The notes beneath the pieces are model-generated. The model was given only the letters and a program-made list of their open reading frames with translations. It had not been told where the DNA came from and made no database searches. From a virus (lineage: Duplodnaviria; Caudoviricetes), in the IMG/VR virus record IMGVR_UViG_3300037400_002156, positions 32,001 to 96,000 of that record: a stretch of 64,000 nt of DNA. One strand, given 5' to 3'. The position numbers were made by a program, and so were the translations under genes. Position 1 is the first letter of the stretch; each line of letters opens with the position of its first letter. Below are positions 50,860 through 59,402 of this stretch, piece by piece.

Positions 50860-51531
50860 TTACTGAAGACATATAAGAGAGTTTTTTACTGACGTGACAT
50901 AGTAATCATAATCGTCTATTTTGTTCTTATATAAACAATCTAAAACATCACCAAAGTCCTTCAGATAATCACCTTCTAAGCTCATTGGTGGTTTTAACCG
51001 CTTTATACGAAAACCATCACGAGAGTGTTTTCTACATATGTTATGAAATGAACTTTCACCAGCTTCATCATTATCAAATGCACAGTACACTGTAGAAGAT
51101 GTTCCTTCAAGAAAAGACATAATATTCTTTGAAACTGCTACTCCATTTGTTGCTATTACAAATGGATAAAAATTTCTTAAAAAATCAGAATCTAATACAG
51201 ATTCAACAATAATCCATGGTTTATAATAAGGCTTCTCATTAAACCCAGCGCCATAAGGGATATATTGACATGTATTATAATATCTGAATTGCTTTTCAGA
51301 ACATGATCTTAACATAATAGCAATTACTTCATTGTTCATAATATTAGGCATTGCAATGCATTTACCTTGCTCTGCTATGAACTGTTTTATATAAGTATCA
51401 AAATCATATCTGAATGCATCATAGCCAGTAACTAGTCTATATGGATTATTAAATGCAAGTGAATATGATGCATACTTATTGTAAGAGTGATCTATTTTAG
51501 GTAGTGAATAAAAATACTCAGTTAGGTTCAT
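50860..51531 (-). CDS. DNA primase catalytic (TOPRIM) subunit without zinc-binding domain
   Basis: IIVESVLD, AFDNDEAG, KDFGD. Confidence 0.85.
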   Translation of the reverse strand: MNLTEYFYSLPKIDHSYNKYASYSLAFNNPYRLVTGYDAFRYDFDTYIKQFIAEQGKCIAMPNIMNNEVIAIMLRSCSEKQFRYYNTCQYIPYGAGFNEKPYYKPWIIVESVLDSDFLRNFYPFVIATNGVAVSKNIMSFLEGTSSTVYCAFDNDEAGESSFHNICRKHSRDGFRIKRLKPPMSLEGDYLKDFGDVLDCLYKNKIDDYDYYVTSVKNSLICLQ

Positions 51532-51535
51532 ATCA

Positions 51536-52174
51536 TCACTCTCGGGTGTTCTCTTGCTCTTGAAGAGTGAAATTACCCTTGTCAGCTACATATATTCTAT
51601 CTCCATATTCAATGAACTTATTATCGTGTGTGATAAGAACTATAGATAATCCTGTTTCATCACATAGTGTTTTAATAAATTCCATGAACTGAGGAACATA
51701 CAATTTAGAAAGCTGACTTAATTGCTCATCAAGAAATAAATATTTCTGAACGTCTGTATTTATAATAAAGAAGATCTGAATAATAGTTGCAATTACAACT
51801 AATATTCCACCAGCAACATTTGAGTTCTTAATAGGAATAAGATTTCCATTATCATTTAACAGAAGTTCTACACATTTTGAATTTCTCTTATCTGTAACTT
51901 TAATCTGAACAGAATAGTCTCTATCATAGAATATCTGTTTTAGACCAAGTGTTAAAAGCTCTTCTAGCTTTCTTAGAAGTGAATCAGAGAATTTACTAAT
52001 AATATCATCAATAATTGGTTTGCATAATCGTAGAGTGTTTTTCTCACATTCTAGATCACTTATTTTAGATTCAATATCTTCAATAGAATGTTTCGTATTT
52101 TCAATTGAAGACTGAATGCCACGATATTTAATTAGAAGATTTGTTAGTTCACTCTCAAAATTTTGGTCAATCAT
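51536..52174 (-). CDS. SbcC/Rad50 (gp46-like) C-terminal half
   Basis: Coiled coil, then degenerate signature VAGG, Walker B LFLDE and H-loop LITHD. Confidence 0.85.
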   Translation of the reverse strand: MIDQNFESELTNLLIKYRGIQSSIENTKHSIEDIESKISDLECEKNTLRLCKPIIDDIISKFSDSLLRKLEELLTLGLKQIFYDRDYSVQIKVTDKRNSKCVELLLNDNGNLIPIKNSNVAGGILVVIATIIQIFFIINTDVQKYLFLDEQLSQLSKLYVPQFMEFIKTLCDETGLSIVLITHDNKFIEYGDRIYVADKGNFTLQEQENTRE

Positions 52175-52440
52175 ACTTAAGCACTTTTTATAATAGAAGT
52201 TCTTAATTGCTTACACAACCGGCTGCGCTGGGTTGTTCTGCAAAAGTTTATTGTTTATTGAAGTTCATAATAGAAGTTTAATGATGAAGATTGTAATCGG
52301 AATTTTTTAATAAAAAGTTTTTATTGAAGATCTCATAGAGATTTTTATAATAGAGAAGTTCTTATTTGAAGATTTATTAGATTGAAGATCATAAAATAGG
52401 AATCATTTAGATTCATTGAATACAGATTCAGATTAAGATC

Positions 52441-52509
52441 TTATTTAAATAATAAATATTATTTTATATTATATAATAAATAAATATATATATATTTTAT
52501 TATTTTATT
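52441..52509. other. A/T-only tract (candidate DNA-unwinding element)
   Basis: 69 consecutive A/T bases next to the tandem repeats. Confidence 0.7.
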
Positions 52510-52605
52510 GATTAGAATTTTGATTAGAATTTTGATTAGAATTTTGATTAGAATTTTGATTAGAATTTTGATTAGAATTTTGATTAGAATTTTGATTAGA
52601 ATTTT
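52510..52605 (+). repeat. Tandem array of 8 exact GATTAGAATTTT units (iteron-like)
   Basis: Counted directly; followed by a partial GATTTT. Confidence 0.98.
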
Positions 52606-52626
52606 GATTTTGAGTTTCAGCTTCTT

Positions 52627-52966
52627 TAGTTCATAAACGACTTATTTCAATCTTATGAACCTTCAATAATGAACTTCTTAGAAAGAAAAGAGTGGAAAAA
52701 GCGGCTCACTCTTTTGAGTTCATCATTGAAGATACCCTGCCGTCCGGGTTTATTGCTTGTATGTCTCATATCCTTCTGTTGTTGATGGACCATACGAAAT
52801 GTGCTTATTCAGTCGATGAACAGTTCAACATCTCTATTTAATAGAAGCTGCAGTCTTCAATTAAACTGGTAAGAAGGCTTAGGGCAGATATGGCAATCGC
52901 CAGTTGTACAAACGATATATAGCAGTATCTCCAACCAGGACATCGTGGTGCGTTATTGGCTACACA
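52627..52966 (-). ncRNA. Candidate structured RNA 1
   Basis: No long ORF; GC-richer than flanks; promoter motifs at 52974-52980 and 53001-53012; 15-bp stem CTTCAATGATGAACT/AGTTCATTATTGAAG plus further stems. Confidence 0.5.
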
Positions 52967-53131
52967 AGTAATTATATACATTTAAGTATTTAGCAATTTA
53001 ATTTAGATATAAAAATATTCCTAATAATGATTGTAATTCACTATTAGGAATATTCAATTCTAATAATTGATTCAGCTATTAGCAAACTGTCATACCGATC
53101 TAGAACAGTATGAAGCAACCTATTCGTTGCC

Positions 53132-53209
53132 ATTAAACGACTGGAATCGAACCAGTTTCTATATTAGAATATATTCTAATATATGCTTTACCTAATAAGC
53201 TACATTCAA
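53132..53209 (-). tRNA. tRNA-like element with a 24-bp palindrome in place of a normal anticodon arm
   Basis: TTGAATG/CGTTTAA acceptor, TAGCTT-ATTAGGTA-AAGC D arm, ACTGG-TTCGATT-CCAGT T arm; no readable anticodon and no CCA. Confidence 0.65.
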
Positions 53210-53314
53210 CATATACTTTGATATATGATTCTATATTCTAATCAAGAAGTCTATTATAATCTTGATTAGAATACAAGAAAAGCTATTCTAATAGAGATTA
53301 GAATAGCTTATTAA

Positions 53315-53388
53315 GTTAGGCGATAAGATTAGAGTTTACGACTTCAAAAACCATAATCTTATGTTCTACTAACTGAACTACACCTAAC
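53315..53388 (-). pseudogene. Degenerate tRNA-His-like gene (anticodon ATG)
   Basis: 8-bp acceptor GTTAGGTG/CGCCTAAC with G-1:C73, D arm GTTC/GAAC, loop TT-ATG-GT, eroded T loop CTCTAAT. Confidence 0.7.
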
Positions 53389-53394
53389 AAAGAA

Positions 53395-53667
53395 TTATCT
53401 TCATGAGATAACCTTTTAAATCTGATGCCTCACCTTAATTGGCAATCTGGATTATCACCCACTAGTGAATGACCTCTAGAAAGTCTCCTAGCTGCTAAAG
53501 GACTACCTTTTGAGTAGTAGGTGTTCCAAGTGCAGAATTACCTATATCACTATAGGTTACGATAATCCTAAGCGGCCGTGTACTTAAGTCCCATACGGGA
53601 TTATCGACTTCATCGAGTCTTCTGGTTGAGCATTATCTGAGGTACCAAGTAAGAGGCTTGAAGACTA
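53395..53667 (-). ncRNA. Candidate structured RNA 2 (about 270 nt)
   Basis: Stems AGTCTTC/GAAGACT, CGATAATCC/GGATTATCG, ACCTATA-GTGA-TATAGGT (GNRA loop), TCATTCAC/GTGGGTGA with G-U pairs; promoter motif at 53677-53688. Confidence 0.6.
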
Positions 53668-53700
53668 CTATTAATTATTTAGATATAATAAGTTAGTTTA

Positions 53701-53862
53701 TTACATAGGAATCTTTTCTTTCTTAAATCCATGAATTTTATATTCAGAGAACTCATCGTGTACATGATCTTCTTTAATTTGATTTTTTCGACGTTTATAA
53801 TCTTTTGACTTATTACGATTATTGTTCTCAGAAAAATTTTCCTTCCTAAAAGACTTTCCCAT
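53701..53862 (-). CDS. Small basic protein (53 aa)
   Basis: Below the ORF-track cutoff. MGKSFRKENFSENNNRNKSKDYKRRK...KEKIPM; GAGG RBS. Confidence 0.65.
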   Translation of the reverse strand: MGKSFRKENFSENNNRNKSKDYKRRKNQIKEDHVHDEFSEYKIHGFKKEKIPM

Positions 53863-53883
53863 AACCTCTATTTACTATCCTTA

Positions 53884-54993
53884 TTATCTGTTATAAATAT
53901 TAATGATTGCCTGTGTATTGCTGTCAAATAGAATAATGCTATTCTGATTACTCAGCATTTCATCAGAAATATAGATATTGATATCTCTAGATCGCTTATC
54001 TTGAAATAGTTTTAACGCCTTTAGTAAATTATGTGATGATACTTCAGCCTCACTAGATGTGTCTTGTACGTCACCTACAGGCGTAGATTTTACGATCGAG
54101 CTATGCTTTGCTGCAAGAACATTTTTAATGCTCACATTAAGTTTACCATTTTTAATAGACATTCCTATAATATGCTTAGAAGCAGAATACTCTTCTGAAA
54201 ACATTGTTAACTTAAATAACTCATCTCCATTTATGCTTAGATAATTATTTAAGTTATTATTATATTCTAGATTATTCGAATCAATTCCAGCTGCAATTAC
54301 AGTAAATTTAAAATTTGGACCTACAAATAATAGTTTTTCTGCAATAGAAGATTCTATTTTACATATTCTAAGATCAAAATTATCCTTTAATAATAATCTT
54401 AGCATAGAAGCATCATCCCTATGCAGAGTCATTTCAACAAAATCATCTGACATAATAACACTAGACAATCTAGAAGTTACTACCATTTGAGTCTTGCTAA
54501 ATTGAATATACTTATCACGAGCATATGTATATTCCTGAGTATAACCTAAAACAGATGATATAGCATTTCTTAATTTTACAGAGTTTATAGTACCGAGCTC
54601 AGTCTGAATACCATCAACTTTGTATTTGTTAATGTCTACGTCAACTGATCTAAAAGGAATCCATCCATTACCTATTACATTGAACTCATACTGGTTGTAA
54701 CTTTTACGAATAGTAAATTTATCATTATCAGTACTCTTAATAAGAGCATATAAATCAGTAACTGGTGCTGCTATAACTTCATTTATCTGATCACTAGTAT
54801 CATACAATTCTACATTATACTCTATTATATTAGAGACGTCATCTACAGCTCTGCATACCAACTTACTATCTTCAACAGATAACGTAGCAATTCTAGATCC
54901 TTTTACTTTATCTCTAGTGTTCATTGATTTTACAAATAATATGAAATTAGTAAAATCATTCCCATTAAATTTCAAATAATATACTTTATCCAT
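53884..54993 (-). CDS. Putative sliding clamp (beta-clamp-like)
   Basis: 369 aa with three repeats of about 120 aa (FNGNDFTNFI / INSVKLRNAI / INGDELFKL); replication context. Confidence 0.6.
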   Translation of the reverse strand: MDKVYYLKFNGNDFTNFILFVKSMNTRDKVKGSRIATLSVEDSKLVCRAVDDVSNIIEYNVELYDTSDQINEVIAAPVTDLYALIKSTDNDKFTIRKSYNQYEFNVIGNGWIPFRSVDVDINKYKVDGIQTELGTINSVKLRNAISSVLGYTQEYTYARDKYIQFSKTQMVVTSRLSSVIMSDDFVEMTLHRDDASMLRLLLKDNFDLRICKIESSIAEKLLFVGPNFKFTVIAAGIDSNNLEYNNNLNNYLSINGDELFKLTMFSEEYSASKHIIGMSIKNGKLNVSIKNVLAAKHSSIVKSTPVGDVQDTSSEAEVSSHNLLKALKLFQDKRSRDINIYISDEMLSNQNSIILFDSNTQAIINIYNR

Positions 54994-54995
54994 AA

Positions 54996-55892
54996 TTAAG
55001 CTCCAACTGCATCAAGATATTTTGCTATTTTTTCTTTACATTCATACGGAATTTGGAGTTCATTAAAATAGTCTCTTATATTCATATCAGAAGAAGAGTA
55101 CGATGTAGAAATAAATTGTATTAAGTCTCTCATTGAGAATGAAGCTTGATCATTTCCATCTATTTGAGCCACAAACACATTCTCTGCAGGTTCACACGCG
55201 ACTTCAATATAACACGCCTTGTGATTAACACAGTTAAATAAAAGTGCACGTGGTGTTCTTAACTTATTATATGCTTCTGATGTATTTCTTGACAATGAGC
55301 CTGGTCTATATAGTTTAGTGTTATGTACTGTAATAGTATCACATGGATTATGAAGGTGTCCTAGAATCATAGCATCATAGTTTAGCCGTTTTAAATCATC
55401 AGATTTAAGAGAATCATTTGTTGCTAGATTAAATTCATAATACAAATGAGCAACACATACTTCATAGTTGTCAGATAATTTAGGATCAAGTGTCTCAGTA
55501 TAATTATAACACTTAAACGTAGTATTATCAACAACTAATTCTCTAGGTGCTAACTGAACATACCCTGTTGAAATTAGAATGCCAAGCGCCGTTTGTTGAA
55601 GACTGTCCATACGATTATTTTTAAGATCATGGTTGCCAACAATAGTATATACAGTTATACCTTTTTCTTTAACATCTTTAAACGTATTAATCACTTCTGC
55701 TAAATACGGTAATGATGTAATAGGTGAATCAAACACATCACCAAGTAGCATAAATGTATTACACTTATAAGTGCTAGCCACATTTGCAAGATATTTTATC
55801 TTGTTTAATATAGCAATTGGAAAATCATCACGTCTAGAAACTGGTGGCTTACATTTTAAATGTAGATCACCAATAAAAATAATGTTGCACAC
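54996..55892 (-). CDS. sbcD: SbcD/Mre11 (gp47-like) nuclease
   Basis: GDLH, GDVFD, GNHD, GHLH, PGSLSR. Confidence 0.92.
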   Translation of the reverse strand: MCNIIFIGDLHLKCKPPVSRRDDFPIAILNKIKYLANVASTYKCNTFMLLGDVFDSPITSLPYLAEVINTFKDVKEKGITVYTIVGNHDLKNNRMDSLQQTALGILISTGYVQLAPRELVVDNTTFKCYNYTETLDPKLSDNYEVCVAHLYYEFNLATNDSLKSDDLKRLNYDAMILGHLHNPCDTITVHNTKLYRPGSLSRNTSEAYNKLRTPRALLFNCVNHKACYIEVACEPAENVFVAQIDGNDQASFSMRDLIQFISTSYSSSDMNIRDYFNELQIPYECKEKIAKYLDAVGA

Positions 55893-55894
55893 GA

Positions 55895-56164
55895 TTATAC
55901 CGCCTTAAGCTTAGCATATTGCTCATTAATATTTGCTAACTCTGACTCTAGCTGACTTGTAAGATCAGCAATAATATGCTCAACTGAATCTACTGAAGAT
56001 AGATCATATTGAGGATATTTATCCTGAATAGACTTAATTTCTGAAGCAAGCTGTTCTTTCTTAGCTTCATATTTTAATTTTTCATTTATTAGCTCTGTAT
56101 GCTTTGCTTTAAGTTCTTGAAATTTGCTGACGAGATCATCATTCATAGTTAACTCCATATACAT
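55895..56164 (-). CDS. Small coiled-coil protein
   Basis: Heptad-rich helical hairpin directly upstream of sbcD; the real start is probably MNDDL. Confidence 0.7.
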   Translation of the reverse strand: MYMELTMNDDLVSKFQELKAKHTELINEKLKYEAKKEQLASEIKSIQDKYPQYDLSSVDSVEHIIADLTSQLESELANINEQYAKLKAV

Positions 56165-56249
56165 ATAAAAATATCCCCAAGCATCTATAGAACACTTGAG
56201 GATTTAGTGTCCATGTATAATATACATGGAAATTATATTTTGTTATAAA

Positions 56250-56531
56250 TTATTTATCATTAAGATTCTTCTTAAAAGCACCTGATGTTTTAAATTTAAG
56301 AACTTTCTTTGCTGGAATATCCATTGCCTCTCCAGTACGTGGATTATGTCCTTTGCGTGGAGCACTCTCTGTAACAACAAATTTACCGAGTGTGCCTAGC
56401 TGAACTTCTTCACCAGCTTTAACAAGATCTGCAACCAAAGTTGTAAACTTATCAAGCATATCTTCAGTAGCTTTAATTGAATTAAGTTCAAGTGCTTCTT
56501 TAACTTTCTTTACAAACTCTGCTTTTAACAT
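56250..56531 (-). CDS. hup: HU-family DNA-binding protein
   Basis: GEEVQLGTLGKF...RKGHNPRTGEAMDIPAKKVLKFK. Confidence 0.95.
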   Translation of the reverse strand: MLKAEFVKKVKEALELNSIKATEDMLDKFTTLVADLVKAGEEVQLGTLGKFVVTESAPRKGHNPRTGEAMDIPAKKVLKFKTSGAFKKNLNDK

Positions 56532-56594
56532 ACTAGTAACTCCTTTTGTTAATAAATAACTAGCTTAACGCCAACAAATAATATAGATATTAAG

Positions 56595-57026
56595 CTAAAA
56601 TAGTGATTCAAATGCAAAACTGATATTAGTAGAGTAGTATATTCTACGAATGCCAGTATTGAGAATTAAATTCATACACGCAGCACATGGACGAGCTAAA
56701 CCATAATCGCGATCTCTTCTAAGTCTAACTATATAAAGTTCAACATCTTTATAATTAATATCTCTTTCTTTTATCATACTAAGACATGCTATCTCAGCAT
56801 GCAAACTATGTATATTCTTTGGATCACTTCTTAAATTGTTATTAAACTCTCTATATTTATCATATTCTGCTTGTTTTGGGTGAGTTTTTAATTTGTTTGA
56901 AGAAGCAGATATTATACGATTTTTTAGAACAGCAATACATCCAACATGATACTGCTCAAAATCAGACTGTGCAGCAACTTCTGCTGCCTTATCAAAAAAT
57001 CTCATCTGCTGTTTAGAAAACTGCAT
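56595..57026 (-). CDS. Zinc-dependent cytidine/dCMP-type deaminase
   Basis: HAE and RPCAAC motifs; start MQFS follows GGAG. Confidence 0.88.
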   Translation of the reverse strand: MQFSKQQMRFFDKAAEVAAQSDFEQYHVGCIAVLKNRIISASSNKLKTHPKQAEYDKYREFNNNLRSDPKNIHSLHAEIACLSMIKERDINYKDVELYIVRLRRDRDYGLARPCAACMNLILNTGIRRIYYSTNISFAFESLF

Positions 57027-57104
57027 AAAAACTCCAGTAAGCCACATAGTTTCACGTATAGCATAAAAGCCACATACTATATTTACATAGTATGTGGCTT
57101 TTCT

Positions 57105-57410
57105 TTAACTAATTAAAGAATCATAATCATCTTCAACTGGCTCTTCTACATAGTCATTTACATCATCAGATTGTGTTACAAGTTGATTAGAATCACTTCG
57201 TTTACATATTCCAAATAATTCGTAGTATTTCTTTTTAGCTAATCTCCACTCGTAATATGAGTTCATTATTTCTTTACAAGAATTTGTTTTAAATGATGAT
57301 CTATAACGCTCTTCACATTCTTCAATATGTTGTTTTAGATCATCTGCATTAATATCTTTAATATCGTCTTTTACAAGACATGTATTTTTACTTTTCTTAT
57401 TATGTTTCAT
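57105..57410 (-). CDS. Hypothetical protein
   Basis: 101 aa; ATGA-coupled to the sbcC N-half. Confidence 0.65.
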   Translation of the reverse strand: MKHNKKSKNTCLVKDDIKDINADDLKQHIEECEERYRSSFKTNSCKEIMNSYYEWRLAKKKYYELFGICKRSDSNQLVTQSDDVNDYVEEPVEDDYDSLIS

Positions 57411-58669
57411 TTATGTTCCTGAATAGCAAGATGATTTCCACAGAGAGGGCATACATCGAATTGTGATAACCGTTTATTGACTGACACACATTTCTTTTCA
57501 GTATTGTTAATATCTTTGTTTACGTTATCTAGCAATAATAGTTTATCATTTAAAATTAGCATATCATCAATATACGATATCTTACAGCTATTAATACTAT
57601 TAATAAGAGATACAATAAGTGAACATTTATTATAATTCATGTTATTATATTTTTGTTTTACAACATCATTAACTAGTGATTCTCTTAACTCAGTATTTTT
57701 AGGTATGCATTTTTCTATAATTTCTCTGTTATAAGAGACAGTATCATAATATTTCATTAGATGATTAAGCTTACTAAATAACTGTATTTCTTGAACTTTA
57801 TCTATAGCCTTCTCATAACTATTTATTAGATTATTATAAATTTCTATAGATAGAATAACTCCATCATAGAGTGATTTCGTAACTTCATACGATTTAATAT
57901 CATTTAGTGATAATATTAAATCTAAAACATGTTGAATACTATTTATAGTATTGCTAACATTGTAAATATATTTAGAAGACGCATCTAACGATATCATCAT
58001 ATCACGCAAATTACTTATTTTACTAAGTAACTCACTCTTATGCTTATAAGCCATATAATCACTGTATAAAGTTTCAACAGGCCGTAACAATTCAGCATGA
58101 GTCTCTAATGAAGCTAGACTACTTTCTAACTGTTCTTTTAGCTTTGTATTTGCTGCTAGGTCTGACGCATTACTTTTAATATCAGCTACGTAATAATCAT
58201 TTATTGACGAGATGTCAAACGTACTACGATAAGTTAAAACATTATACAGTGTTGATTGACTACCAAGAATAAGAAATGGTGAAGAAAATTGCAGATTAAA
58301 ATTAAAGTTAATTTCTTCACCATTAATATTTACATTGCCTATCTTTAAAACATTACTAACAGCTGGTAGTGCTGTTCTACCAACTTTAGTATATACCTCG
58401 TTGTTAACAGTATAATAAAATCTCTCTCCTTTTGCCTTTAAGCTTCTACTGTACTCTATAACATTGTTGTCAACAGTGATATTAACATTCATAGTGTTGC
58501 TACCAAATGCGATATCACTGTCTGAAAACTCATTCACTGCCATATTATATAGACAGCGCATTAGTGTTGATTTTCCTGATCCTGATGATCCTATTATAAG
58601 ATTAATCCCAGGATTAAACTCAACGTCACAGCTTTTTATAATACCTACATTACTTAACTGTACTCTCAT
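57407..58669 (-). CDS. SbcC/Rad50 (gp46-like) N-terminal half
   Basis: Walker A GSSGSGKST, Q-loop NLQFSSPFL, coiled coil ending in zinc hook VCPLCG. Confidence 0.88.
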   Translation of the reverse strand: MRVQLSNVGIIKSCDVEFNPGINLIIGSSGSGKSTLMRCLYNMAVNEFSDSDIAFGSNTMNVNITVDNNVIEYSRSLKAKGERFYYTVNNEVYTKVGRTALPAVSNVLKIGNVNINGEEINFNFNLQFSSPFLILGSQSTLYNVLTYRSTFDISSINDYYVADIKSNASDLAANTKLKEQLESSLASLETHAELLRPVETLYSDYMAYKHKSELLSKISNLRDMMISLDASSKYIYNVSNTINSIQHVLDLILSLNDIKSYEVTKSLYDGVILSIEIYNNLINSYEKAIDKVQEIQLFSKLNHLMKYYDTVSYNREIIEKCIPKNTELRESLVNDVVKQKYNNMNYNKCSLIVSLINSINSCKISYIDDMLILNDKLLLLDNVNKDINNTEKKCVSVNKRLSQFDVCPLCGNHLAIQEHK

Positions 58670-58971
58670 AATTCTCTCAATAGAGCTTTAAGCTCATCAG
58701 CAATTTTATTTTTATTTTCATCAGCAGCTAATAATCTATCGTACAAATTAGATAATAAAGGTTCTTTATTTCCATTGTTATATATATAAATCATCTTTTC
58801 ATATCGCTCAGATAAATCTTCACTCAACGTATTAATTGTTTTGTTAATAAACTCTATATATGAATCAAGAGATTTAGTTTTATTATACACATCAACAAAA
58901 CTCTTATACTCATTATATTTTTCAATTGCTAATTTTAAGCTTTTGCTTTTCTTATCAAGTTTGCTATTCAT
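58666..58971 (-). CDS. Hypothetical protein
   Basis: 101-aa coupled ORF. Confidence 0.65.
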   Translation of the reverse strand: MNSKLDKKSKSLKLAIEKYNEYKSFVDVYNKTKSLDSYIEFINKTINTLSEDLSERYEKMIYIYNNGNKEPLLSNLYDRLLAADENKNKIADELKALLREL

Positions 58972-58973
58972 GA

Positions 58974-59342
58974 TTATTTCCTTTTACTAATCTTAAATGG
59001 ATTTTCAAACGTACTAATATATAAAATATACGAATATGCTTTCTGTATTCTAGAAGCAAGTGATTTATATTTCTTTAGTGTATCAATATCAAATCCACTC
59101 GGTGGAATTTCATTATCACTATTAATCACCATAACATAATCATTGAAGAGCATTTCATAAAAAGATGTAACAGTGTAATTTGCTTTTTCCAACTTTACTA
59201 AAAGTTCTTTAAGCTCTTTACAATTACTGATATTATTTAATGAAATAGAGTTTATAAAATCTTCATCATATTCATTTATAAGTTCAGATACATTTAAATT
59301 TTTAACCTTGCTCATACTATCTCCAGTGTAAAATAAAACCAT
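58974..59342 (-). CDS. Hypothetical protein
   Basis: ORF; the real start is probably MSKVK after GGAG. Confidence 0.65.
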   Translation of the reverse strand: MVLFYTGDSMSKVKNLNVSELINEYDEDFINSISLNNISNCKELKELLVKLEKANYTVTSFYEMLFNDYVMVINSDNEIPPSGFDIDTLKKYKSLASRIQKAYSYILYISTFENPFKISKRK

Positions 59343-59402
59343 ATATAGAAAGCATCTATATATGGTTATTAGTACATAAAAATTACACTATATTTAATCA
59401 GT

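Noticed and set aside
52510-52605. CRISPR array
   Set aside because: Contiguous 12-bp units with no spacers, and no cas genes.
53085-53131. tRNA-associated theta (HDV-like) ribozyme downstream of the tRNA-like element
   Set aside because: The trailer folds as two simple hairpins (GGCAAC/GTTGCT and TCATACTG/CGGTATGA), not a nested double pseudoknot.
53400-53670. RNase P RNA or tmRNA
   Set aside because: Only vague plus-strand echoes (GAAAGTC, AGTGCAGAA). No P4 partner, tRNA-like ends or tag ORF, and G-U/GNRA evidence favours the minus strand.
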